Below, piece after piece: positions 11,203-22,111 of a stretch of 64,000 bases of DNA. Below the pieces are notes generated by a model. That model searched no databases, was not told where the DNA came from, and worked only from the letters and a program-made list of their open reading frames with translations. Position 1 is the first letter of the stretch. Each line of letters begins with the position of its first letter. Source of the DNA: Tricharina praecox (taxonomy: Eukaryota); contig NW_026250416.1 in NCBI RefSeq assembly GCF_024521635.1, positions 620,001 to 684,000 of the forward strand, in the 5' to 3' direction. Position numbers and translations under genes: made by a program.

Positions 11203-12879
11203 GACCAGACCAGGCCAGCGCAGACCAGACCAGACCAGAGCATAGCAGAATAAAGTAGAGTAGAGTAGAGTAAGGCTAGACCAAAGCAGATGGCAGATGG
11301 CAGATCTAGAACACCCATTTACGTGCCCAGAGCAGCACCCAAAAACAGAACAATTCAACAACCTCACACGATCCCAGCTGGCGTTGCATCTCGTACATAC
11401 TCTATGCATACCACCTCCGCTCGAGCAACGAGCAACGATCAACGAGCAGCAGCAGCAGCAGCATCGAGTAAATATTTGTTGCTCAGTTAATACCTGGAAG
11501 TCATATGTGTATCCACCCACTCCGGAGCGCACACGCAACACGCACACGCACAGTGCACATGCATCTGGCATATGGAATATGCCACCCCCTCTCCCCCCCC
11601 CCCCCCCCCTCTCTCCTCTCCGGGCACCCCCCTCGCCGGGCACTCCACACGTGCACCGCACCCTCGATTCGATGCATCCCCCCTCCCCATCGTCCCCCCA
11701 TCCCCCCCGTCCCCACACCCACACTCCCACCCTCCCATCTCGCTCCCTGAAGAATACCGGTAAATAGTAGATACCTCCCTAGGTACCCGATATGTACCCT
11801 CTCGACCTCTGAGGAACAAAAACCAAGTAATCCAGTATGCATGCATACGGTATACTCTACGGTCATATATCGCGCTCCATCGTGTTTCAACTTTTCGGTT
11901 GGTTTTCTCGTGGGGGCTGGCGGGTAAATATAGTTACATATGCATGCACGCACGGATCGGGCGGCGGCGGTGGGTTTTCTCCGTGATCAGGTTCATGTAC
12001 TCTAGGCATGGACTCGCCGGTCAATATGTTCAACTTAATACGGACTCTGGAGGATGCGGAATATTAATCGTGGCAGAGTTGCACTTCGAAGTTTGGGCCT
12101 TTGAAGTTTGGGCCTTTCGCTCGAGGAATCGAGGATGGGAAAGGGGGCACTGGGGCGGCTGTATACTCTATGTTGTATGGGAGTCTTCAGAGTATGTATG
12201 GGCTGGTTGTGCGAGGTTACAATTGCCCCCCCCGCCAAGACGGGGCTTGCCGGTGGATCAGGGCAGGGCATGAACGGGGGGGTGAGCGGGGGGATGGCTA
12301 GATGGTTGTTTGTTTGTTCAATGTTGGTTGCGGCTAGTTTTATCGGCAGATATTTCCTCTTCTCCGTCGGGGGATGGGGGCGTCGCGGGAGATCGATTGA
12401 ATGGAAGTTAGGAGGGAGGGAGAATCGCGATTGAGCTTTACCCTTGCGTTGCGTTGCAAACTTGCTTGGCTTGGAACTTTGGAGCGGAGAGTCGAGATGA
12501 GATGAGGATCAATAAGATCTCGCAGAGTCGGAGGACGTCCGCTGCTGGCTGGCTGGATTTGGCGCGGGCGCGGGCACGTGGGCTGAACTGCGCTTAAGAG
12601 TCAATGCGCTCATTGCACTGCACGGCACTGCACGCGCCGCGAAGAGGCCGAGGCTGGCTGGAAAATCAAGATTGAACGGAAAGATCGCGGACGGCTGGCT
12701 GGTTCTGGATCGTGTTGCCTTGTACTATAGCCCCCCTGCCGAGCGAGTTCTAGGTAGGCATGTAGATTACAGCATCAGTTGTTTTGGTCTTCTACGGTTG
12801 ACTTCCTTTAACCTTACAGTTTCTGCGTACCTACCTGTCGTAAGATGACCTGATTCCTATCAACGGCTTGACCACCTAG

Positions 12880-13054
12880 GGTTGATAAAAGCGTATTCAT
12901 AAAAGGTCACCCGCTACGCCTACTGCTCTTGGAAGTTGGCCGCGAGAAACTGAGGCGTTGAAGTGTGAATGGCCCTGTGCAGAGCGGGCAGAAAAGGCTG
13001 GGCTACCTATTCAGGTTCGCAATAGTCTAGAATGATTGTATGCAAAACAAATGA
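12880..13054 (-). repeat. Dispersed ~180-bp repeat, copy B
   Basis: Inverted homolog of 3675-3857. Confidence 0.85.
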
Positions 13055-13415
13055 ATCTGAGACTATCGGAGTCGCGAAACAAAACAAAACGAATCTACTA
13101 TAGATAATCACTCGACGAAGGCTGAGGGGCTTTGGCAGGAGGCCTATGATACGGAATCATATGCACATCCATCGCCTGAGTATTGGAAGCAGCCATTGAA
13201 ACACGTGAAGGAAACGTCAATTATTGATTGAAGAAAGATCTGGCCTCGGTAGTGCAGAACGGGTCATGAATCATGATCGATGATTTACTCATTTCAGCGC
13301 CCGAAGAACTTGGATGACTACAGACGTGCGGCAGACAATCCCCCACCCTTCTTTCTCAAGGCTCTCCGCCCTCACATCCTCCAATTCATCGGTTCCCTCT
13401 CACTTCCCCGTTTGT

Positions 13416-13721
13416 TCAAACATTATGACAAGTTCCGAGTTGGCCCTTTCTCGCGCATAATCCATTAGCCCCATCCCTCCACATCCCTCCGCATCCCTCC
13501 GTATCGCTCCGTATTCTATCGTCCGGGGTACTACTCACAGTCTTGAAGCACAAGCAACCCTCGCCGCACGTATCCGGAACGGCAGTCCAGTCGCATCCAC
13601 CGCCGCACACGGCGTCCTGGCGCTTCTCGAGTCCGGGAACGGGAACACCAGCGGCCGGGGCGGCGAGCACGCCGGAGCTGGTGATGGCCAGGATCGTGAG
13701 GATGAGGGTGGGGAACTGCAT
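13416..13721 (-). CDS. Small secreted cysteine-rich (knottin-like) prepropeptide, 70 aa after splicing
   Basis: Signal peptide MQFPTLILTILAITSSGVLA, propeptide ending LEKR (Kex2 site), and a 93-nt intron at 13446-13538 (GTGAGT...GCTAAT...AAG). Mature peptide QDAVCGGGCDWTAVPDTCGEGCLCFKTGQLGTCHNV has 6 Cys. A TATATAA box lies ~90 bp upstream. Confidence 0.85.
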   Translation of the reverse strand: MQFPTLILTILAITSSGVLAAPAAGVPVPGLEKRQDAVCGGGCDWTAVPDTCGEGCLCFKTVSSTPDDRIRSDTEGCGGMWRDGANGLCARKGQLGTCHNV

Positions 13722-13810
13722 AGTTTCTTGGTTGTTGCGGGTGGGTTGTGTTGGACTGTTGGATTGTTGGTGGATGGTTGAATTGGATGGAATAGGAGGA
13801 GGGCGGTGGG

Positions 13811-13820
13811 TTTTATATAA
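13811..13820 (-). promoter_or_regulatory. TATA box of the secreted peptide gene
   Basis: TTATATAAAA on the minus strand ~90 bp upstream of the ATG at 13721. Confidence 0.6.
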
Positions 13821-13880
13821 CTATAGCATTGCAGCGGAGTTTGAGTTTCTACATTGGAGTGGAATATTAATCGATACCCA

Positions 13881-13917
13881 TTTGTGTTTTTGTTTAATCA
13901 TCATTGCATTCGACCTT
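13881..13917 (-). mobile_element. Short retroposon / 5'-truncated LINE 3' end, copy 1
   Basis: Minus strand reads AAGGTCGAATGCAATGATGATTAAACAAAAACACAAA. Degenerate flanking duplication ttaatcgataccca / ttaatttgatatcta. Confidence 0.6.
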
Positions 13918-14040
13918 TAATTTGATATCTATGGACCATGGAATGTATCCACCTGTGTCTCAGTATGACGAGTGATATTTCGCTGCTGCCGGATGGGTCC
14001 GGATGCCCATTGCTCACCACGGCGACGGGTAGGCACGGAA

Positions 14041-14085
14041 ATCTGCTAAGTTCGAATGCTATGATGATTAAACAAAACAAACAAA
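14041..14085 (+). mobile_element. Short retroposon / 5'-truncated LINE 3' end, copy 2
   Basis: AAGTTCGAATGCTATGATGATTAAACAAAACAAACAAA, flanked by GGTAGGCACGGAA (14028-14040) and GGTGGGCACGGAA (14087-14099). Confidence 0.65.
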
Positions 14086-14346
14086 CGGTGGGCACGGAAT
14101 TGAACTGCGTTACCAGCGCATCCGCGCAGCCAATCAAACCGTCTGCGTGAGTGGCAATACCTACCATTGATGATTATGTCACGGCCGATTACTATACCAC
14201 CCACGGGTAATCACCAGCGCCGAAGTTTCTTCAGCGATCACTCGCGATTTCTGATTATCCGTCATCCAACGAACATAGTATCTCCTTGTTTTATTTTATT
14301 TTATATGTCAAGCATGCTATCATTGATACATATATACACCGGGTGT

Positions 14347-15287
14347 CTACACCAGTGCAGCAACCCACGCACCCGCCGCACCCGCATCCTCATCGTACGT
14401 CAAGTGTCCGGCAATGGGCAGCGGCAGCCCATCGCAGATGGGGTCGTCGTCGTTGCAGAACGTGCGAACGTTGTTGTTCAAAGTTCCGGGGAAGGCATCA
14501 CCCTAGATAGCACAGTCAGTATCTCGGAGGGGAGATGGGGGGGGGGGGGGGGGGCAGGGGCTACTCACGTCGTATGGATCACCGAACAGCACGATCCCAG
14601 CAATCTTCGAGTACAGAGCAGTGGGCAGCTTTGCGGCCGCCTTGTGCGTAACCTGTGCGCCCTGGCTGTAGCCGCCCCAGATGATCTGTGCGCTGGGACA
14701 CTGCGTCGCCGCCTTCTGCGTCAGTGCCACCATGCTCTCGGCACCCTCTTCAGAGCCGCCGGCGAGGTAGCCGATCTTGTGGATGTTAGCTGGGATCGCA
14801 TGGGACGGGACGGGACGACCCGGGGAGGCCGGGGGTACGTACCACGAGCGCAGGGTACGGAAGTACTCCCTGGACGATCACGCGGCCGGGCTCGGCGGCG
14901 GATACGGCATCCACGAATGCCGGGCCGACTCCGGTTCCGAGGTTTCCGCTTCCTGTTTGGTGAGAGAGATCCATCAGCATGGACGGAGAAAGGGAGAGAG
15001 GGAACAGATGTATATGGGAACAAACCATAAGTGCCGCGGGCGAAGATGACGATGATGTCGTCACACTTGCCCTCGTTGAGGTCGTTGCGGGTGTCGCCAG
15101 AAGCGCGAGCCGCCAGGGCAGGCGCAGCGGCGGCGTCCTGGAATGCCTTGTCGATGCGGTTGTAGATGGCTTGGTCGATGTCCACGGTCTGCACGATGTG
15201 GTCGGCCTCTCCCCGGCGGTTGATGGTCACCGGAGAGGCAAGTGCCGCGCCGGCAAGGAAGGGGAGGAGGAAGGCGGTGAAATGCAT
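14347..15287 (-). CDS. Cutinase (CE5), secreted, 4 exons
   Basis: Signal peptide; CDDIIVIFARGT; GNLGTGVGP; nucleophile motif GGYSQGA; VLFGDP; C-terminal CNDDDPICDG...GHLTY carrying the catalytic Asp and His. Stop TAG at 14347-14349. TATAAA near 15402. Confidence 0.95.
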
Positions 15288-18200
15288 CTTTGCTGAGGAG
15301 GACTGATTGGGCTGTGGGCTGAAGTGCTCGACCTGGATGGAATTGCGATGTCGATGGCGATGCGAATGGCTTTCTCTCCAGTGCAGAGGCCCGAGGGGGG
15401 ATTTATACTCGCTCTTCGATGTGGAATCAATGCGACGAGTCCCACCATCTCCAGTATGTAGGCTCTATCCACTCACCCGAAGAGCTGTTTTTTCTCCACA
15501 ACGGCAGTTTCCGCGGTCGGGTGTTTCCCCAGCCGTCCACGTAACGCAACGATGGCGCAGCCCACTGTGCACACAGGTACATCATTCCTGTCATGAGGTC
15601 GAAATTCGACGATGGAGGAGCACGCATAAAGTGTAGCCTGTAGGCATCCGGGCGTGCGGGCCCTGCCGTTGACTAGCAGCCCAAGAGTAGCACTATGGAT
15701 ATTCTAGCATACTCCACAACTCCACAAGCGCTATGTAGAGTAGAGTACCTGCAGTCTGTTTCTTCGCTAACGCAACGTGTTACGCGATTCGGCCATGCTC
15801 TGTGTAGCACGGCTTGTCTCCTACCCCGGATTCAAAACGCCTTTCGGGAAGTTGCGAGCAGTTCTCCAGGGATCGTTTCGCCATGTGAAGCCGAGGATGC
15901 GGGGGGATACCATCGGAGAGTCTTCCGATTCCTATCAGGACCGCAGGAGAGCAATATCGGAACGGTTCATACAGTGTACCCCACAATCGTTTAAATCCGG
16001 GGAAATCTGGAATGCGTGGGGAAATCGAGAAGGGAGCCTGATGGAGCAAGCTATTTGTGACATCGTAAATCACTCGTGCCAGGGGAAGCTTGTCCCTTCC
16101 CCCTGTAATTTTCCCCATGTAACTATCTTGTACCCCGCAAACCACCCGGGAACTCCGGCGGTGAAGGGGCTAGGCAGCCTTTGTTGCTGAATACTACTAT
16201 ATTTCGATGCCGCTTGTAACTTGAAAGCTGTCATGATTCCGCTTGCTGAGGAATCCACCGGACAAGCGGACAACCCCGGTCCCTGGTAGCTGCCCTCAGT
16301 TCACCGTGAGGGTTTTCAGATATCGGACCTGCTTCCGAGATCGACGAGCAAGACATCTGACACGATGCGTGTATATTAAGAGTTCACTTGGCAAACCTAT
16401 ATGAGATGGTTTATGAGAACAAAGGCTTCAAGATACCTCTGTTTGTTTGTTTGGGCTGTGTACTCTATTCTTCTTCCTGAGCGGTGAGAGACCTCTGCCT
16501 TTCCGGTGTCCCTGACGCCTGTACTTTTAAAGTGACGATCTCTGTTGAGAACATGCCTATCGAGTACCTAGGCAGGACTTGGCGAAGTCCGAGCTCAACT
16601 TACAACTCGCGAATAGGCATCTGGTCCGGAAGGGACTGCCGTCGACTCCCTAGCAGCAGATAGTGCCTAAGTATGAGCCGTCCCTTCCCAAAACCATGAA
16701 GTAAACTACCTGGGTATACAAACGGAATTCCGCTGATGGCTCTGAAAAAAAAACATCGAGATGTTAGTCTGAGATCCAGCCAGCTCTGTGAGTTCGCCTT
16801 TCAAAAGGGTTGAGAATCTGCCTGTAAACAGTTTCCAACCAGCGGCGCGGTGAAGACCGTACGTACCGCGGCCGACGCGAGTCGTGCATATGGATTTCTG
16901 CATCTTCAGCTCACACATAAAACGGAACTTCCCGCACCGAGATACTCGGGGTGGGACGAGCATCAGACACGGTCGTGAATCGTTGCATCTGATGGAGTGA
17001 GGTTGGTTGGTTGTGTAGCGGTTGCCCCCACGGACTCGCGTGCCTACACAGCCTACAGGAACCCGAGGTATGAAGTGATAGCCGCGCCGCGAAAGCGCCA
17101 CAGCCGCACCATCCAATGAAATGACTGTAGAGTAAACGAGTCGACCGCCATGGAACCTCACTTAAGGATGTGTCAATCCTCTAACCCTTGCATGCCTGGC
17201 GGTAGTTGCCATCGTATCCTCAAAGCTAGCGGACAACGTCTCGTACATAGACTTCTTGTGCCATACTTCCTCATGGACTCGTCTCTTCGCCGCTGATAAA
17301 GCGGGCATTTACCTACCTAGCGGCCGCCTAGATAGTATGTAGCAGTTGGCAACCGCACCGGTCAGAGCTGCGCATAGCCGTTGCCAGTAACCACACCGGC
17401 TTCCCGTGCCGCATCTAACTACCTAGTTAAGCCTCATCACTATCTCTCGGATGTTTGTACACCGGTGCTCGAACCCTTTCCTTTCCTCTTCCACCGCCGT
17501 TCTGGACGTCACACCGGACACTTCCTCGCGTACGAGAGACGAGAGAGACGAGAGAGACGGAAGAGACGGAAGAGACGGGATCATGGGAGAGATGGGAAAG
17601 CCGAGATATCCGGGCACCCTCCGTAAGCCTCGAAACCATAGAAACCCTCAGCGAAGAAAGAATCATGGATATAGGAGAAGGATTGTATCCGTTGAGGAGC
17701 ACCCAGAAAGGACCATACAGAAAATCAATCCAATCCGCCGCCTTTAGCTACCTATAGTACTATGTTCTAGGCTGTTAATGGTGTTTAGGGTATCCCAAAG
17801 CCCTGGGCCGAGCACTCTTGCCCGTCTCCGTGGTCTTCGCCAGCAGCGTCCATCACCCCCGGTCGATGTATGTATGTCGCAATAACCCAGGGTATTTATG
17901 GGCTTGTTAGCTGGTATGTTAAGCGCCACACTGCGTGGGACTGGCATCACGTCAAGCAGCTTGTTTAGGCGCTTAATATCTGGTAAATTAATCTCCTTGA
18001 GTTTCGATTTATACTATTGCGCTTTCCGGAACCTTTCCTGGGTGATGGTGTGGATAATTCTTATATTAAACTACCTATATCCTGAATCAATAATGGTATT
18101 CCATATAGGTATATCGGAGTACCTAGGTCGTGAATCAGCGTAGGTATCTCGAGTGATGATTGTGGTAGATCGCCTTGTCTCACCTCCAACCAACCCGCAG

Positions 18201-18420
18201 AAGGTATATGGTGACGGTTAGCTTCTTGGCCCACCTCTTTCTCACGATGATGAGAGATGAAAGTATATAAAGTGCCCAACTTATTATTCGCGTGGACAGG
18301 CGGTTCCCGATCATACATAATTAACGTACATACAATTCCAAGCAAAGCAACCCAAACGCCAAAACGCCGTTACCCCCAGTCCCGTCCAGTCCATTCCAGT
18401 CCAGTCATTACCTCGCCCCA

Positions 18421-19733
18421 TCAGACAATATCACCCGCATCCGCCGCCGTTGAAGATTTATTCGGCGCGGTATGTACCGTCCACACATCGCCATCCGGCT
18501 CGCACTCGTCCCCGATCTCGTCCGCGGAATTTCGCGTGCGCCCGGTGCGCACCTTCCTGCCCTGCCAGTCGCTCCCACCGATTGTCTCGACTCCCGTAGC
18601 CGTGCCGGGATGGCTCGCGGCTCGCAGCCAGGGGCAGCGCTTCAGCAGCAGAGCGCGGAACGTCGGCAGACAGAAAGCGGTGACAGCAAAGTTCACCTCG
18701 AGCGTGGCCCAGACGTTGAGTTGGCCCAAGATTTCGAGCTGGCCGCTGCCGTTCGTGATCACCATGTACATCTCGCCAAAGCGCACGGCACACATGATTA
18801 TCGACACGCTGCCTAGCCCGGCGACAATGAGTAGTGCCGCTTTGTCCCGTGCGGAGGCGAGCGGGAGTGATGAGATTATTATCAACGCCATTGTTAGGAC
18901 TAGGGTGGGTGTTAGCGAGTGATGGATGGTGTGTGGAAGGCGGGAATGCACACCCAAAAGATCGGCGGATAGGTTCAGGACGGCTTGAATCGTGCTCACC
19001 GTCAGGGTCTGGAAGTGGATACATTGGGTTGTTGGATCTAGTGTCCTAAGAAATATTCAGCTATGGCCTCGTGATTTTTTGTGACGGAAAGGAAAAATGT
19101 ATGTACATACCAGTTATTGCTGACGGGCCCACAGTAGCCAAACTGGAATCCTATGGCAGTGCCATACGATACAAAGGTATAAACGCAGACGGCAATGAAT
19201 AGTATCTGTGCTTGGGTGGTGAGGATGCTTATGACGTTTCCGAAGTACGCTGCACGATATCGGTCAGCTTTGCGAATGGTCTTTGAGGGCAATTGCACGG
19301 ATCGCGCACCCACCGAGGAAAGCCATCTTCAGCAGCCACAGCATCGTGGTGTAGATAACACTGGTAACGAAGAACCCCTGTTTCTCCACGGCCCGCGTTA
19401 GCAACCGGGCAGAAAACTCCCACGACAGAGGGATCATAGGTAGCCGACCTTCAGGGCACTCTCGGTCAGCAGCGCGGTCCGTAGCGCGAAATCATCATCC
19501 ATCTGGAGTGTCTTCCTCACTCGCCTCTCCTCCACACACTCCCACCAGAGGATCCCGCCGCCGCTCACGAACAGCACCAGGAACGACATGATCGCGGTGG
19601 TGGTGATGCGCGAAGCCGTCGACGAGGGCCGTTTCCGCAGGATCCATTGCCGCCAGAGAACCATCGCCGGGGTGAAGACGGAGAAAACACTCAGGAGGCA
19701 CATCAACTTGACACTGCGCATTGTGGCGAGCAT
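18421..19733 (-). CDS. Pth11-like / fungal rhodopsin-domain integral membrane protein (no CFEM domain), multi-exon
   Basis: The spliced product has ~7 hydrophobic segments with family-like motifs: IYTTMLWLLKMAFLAYF, CGPVSNNW, LNLSADLL, GLGSVSIIMCAVRF and WATLEVNFAVTAFCLPTFRALL. Confidence 0.85.
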
Positions 19734-20819
19734 TGGGTAGTTACCGTATCGAACTCAAGTCAAAGAGATGATCGATAAACTCGAACGTTGTCGGATTCCC
19801 CCACTCAGGTAAGGGGGTGGGGGGGATTTACATACGTCCTTGATATTGGCAATACACGTGGATCGGCTAGTTAGTGACGAGTGTGGATCCCGCGATATCT
19901 GTTTTGGTGATCTGCCCCGCGTCGCTTGCGGCGATCCTCAAGAATAATCATGAAGAGTACCATCTCTCCCGGGGCATCGTCGGTGAGTTCCGAGTAAAAC
20001 ATCCCCAACACACGGTCCTGACACCCAGAGGAGTCGTGCCATTGCGATTCGGAGAAACGCAAGAACACCGACTTCTGCTGACAGTTAACGGTTGTCCCAT
20101 GGAAACGGAAACCACCACCTGACGGCGATGCAGTCTGATCTATGTACCGAACGGCTTTCTGTCCGTCCCGAATCACACAGATCATATCTAGATACATACG
20201 ATCTCCACGTTCAGACGCCCCAAGACGTTTTTGTTACTGCCCGGCAGCCGGTAGTAATACTCTAGTCACGTTAATCCGATATTCCGCCGCTGCTGCCGCC
20301 GCTTGTTGAACCGATTGACTCGCCTACGTCTTGCACGTGACCGATCCTCTATAATCGTGGAGAATCGCGATCCACATGATCTCGGAACCACTGCTCTATT
20401 TTATACCATCGGAGATAGGATCATTAGATCATTCCGCGGAGTACAGGAAACCCATCGGAAACCTCGAGTAGAAGTTACAGCCGGAAATATAGTAGGCATC
20501 CGAGCGCCGGCGCCGCCTTCTCGGCGGGGACTACTCTATACAGGGTAGTGTAGTCCGAGAGCCCGAGACATGGCTTCGGAACTCTAGTGGATATATGTAG
20601 ATAACGCAAGCCCTTTCCCTTAACCCGCGCATTTTGCCATCGTCTTACATGAGCTCGCGACCAAGGTAGGTTGTCCCGGGGAATCGGATTTACTATAGTT
20701 ACTCAGCGGCTTAGTCGGCGGGACGCATCCAGGCCTGGAGCGGTGATGCTCCATGACCGTCAAGGACTAGGTAGGCTATCAAGGTCAGGATCAACAGGCG
20801 TCAAAGTTAAACATCAACA

Positions 20820-20932
20820 GGCAAGATGGCCGAGCGGTCTAAGGCGCCAGACTCAAGTTAAGTCTTCTATCAGCAAACTGGTAGAGTATTCTGGTCTCGA
20901 AAGAGGCGGGGGTTCGAATCCCCCTCTTGTCA
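20820..20932 (+). tRNA. tRNA-Leu(CAA) with 31-nt intron (20858-20888)
   Basis: Acceptor stem GGCAAGA/TCTTGTC+A, D arm TGGCCGAGCGGTCTAAGGC, anticodon arm CCAGA-CTCAAG^T-TCTGG, long variable arm CTC-GAAA-GAG, T loop GGTTCGAATCC, and a downstream T-run terminator. Confidence 0.97.
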
Positions 20933-21642
20933 TCATCATTTTGTTTTTTTGTTCCTTTTTTTGTTCCTCCTCGAGAACGACGCCATGCTTAGCGTGGAAG
21001 TGACTTTTCTTCTTTTGAGGACCGCCAGCTGGGCGGGTTGGAGACTTCCAGATGAGCCGGCAAGTCGCGACTGCAGTCGACTGCCAAGACTGACAAGTAC
21101 AGCGGGAAAAAATCATAAGGCGACATGAATCACAAGATAAAAAGCTCCAAGCCGCACACATTATTGGCAGTTGTAGTAGTTAAGGTAAGTATGGGTGTAT
21201 GTAATAGGCGCACTGGATGAACACGACGCCGCCCCATTGCTCGTACTATATAGACGAAATTCAACACACGATAGTGGGAAAGGTTTTGCTTTCATATTTG
21301 GTGGGGTAAGTGTTGAGAAGAGTGTCATTTTTTTCTTCATTACCGGACAGCAGTCCAACACCATCTAGTAAATTGGCGGACGGGACGGACTACTTTTATC
21401 CCATCCTTCAAAAGGCAAGGACGGGACTCAGGACTGGACTGATCCCGTCAAGTCCGTCCGAACTTTGGAGAACACTGGAAGCAGGTCACTAGTCGACATC
21501 AAGAGGTGCCGGCGATATACATACCAACACAAGATATGCATAGTTAGATCACGAATCGAGAGTCGAGACGATATGAGGGCCACCCCACACGTAGCGCCAA
21601 AACGAAACCCTCCCCGTCAAAAAGTCAAAAACAAAAGAATGA

Positions 21643-21755
21643 TGACAAGAGGGGGATTCGAACCCCCGCCTCTTTCGAGACCAGAATACTCTACCAGTTT
21701 GCTGATAGAAGACTTAACTTGAGTCTGGCGCCTTAGACCGCTCGGCCATCTTGCC
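21643..21755 (-). tRNA. tRNA-Leu(CAA) with intron, identical to 20820-20932
   Basis: Exact reverse complement of the first copy, including the intron. Confidence 0.97.
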
Positions 21756-22111
21756 TGTTGATGGTGTGGCTTGGCTGTAGCACTCTTGTGACCATACAAG
21801 AGTGTACTGGAATTTACCGTCGCTGCAACGGTAGTAGGAAGTTTAGACTTGGGCTTGGGCACATCATACATGCTGGACTGGACTGGGGGAATCGATGGAA
21901 GCATCTGCTTATGTCCCACGTAGAGACTACTAGTACCCGGGTATCAAAACTTCCACAGCCATACCACGCCTGTGCATCTACCTATACGACTTCCCGAATC
22001 CCCAGCCCAGCTAGCCATGTAAAAACCTAAGGAATGTGCCTATGTCCCAGCGGAGGCTGGAATCTCAAACACCAGGAAAGACTTATGTATGTAGCAATTC
22101 CCAGTGTTCTT

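Noticed and set aside
10678-11253. 191-aa and 185-aa ORFs with repeated SEQIRA/RASRSE units
   Set aside because: They are translations of the 38-bp minisatellite; the unit length is not a multiple of 3 and there is no coding signal.
13416-13430. C-terminal Asn (CHNV) as a cyclotide-type cyclisation site
   Set aside because: Only one residue follows the Asn, and no asparaginyl ligase gene is nearby. A linear knottin is the simpler reading.
21365-21480. Small inverted repeat GGACGGACT / AGTCCGTCC between the tRNA genes
   Set aside because: Only 9 bp with no clear termini or TSD.
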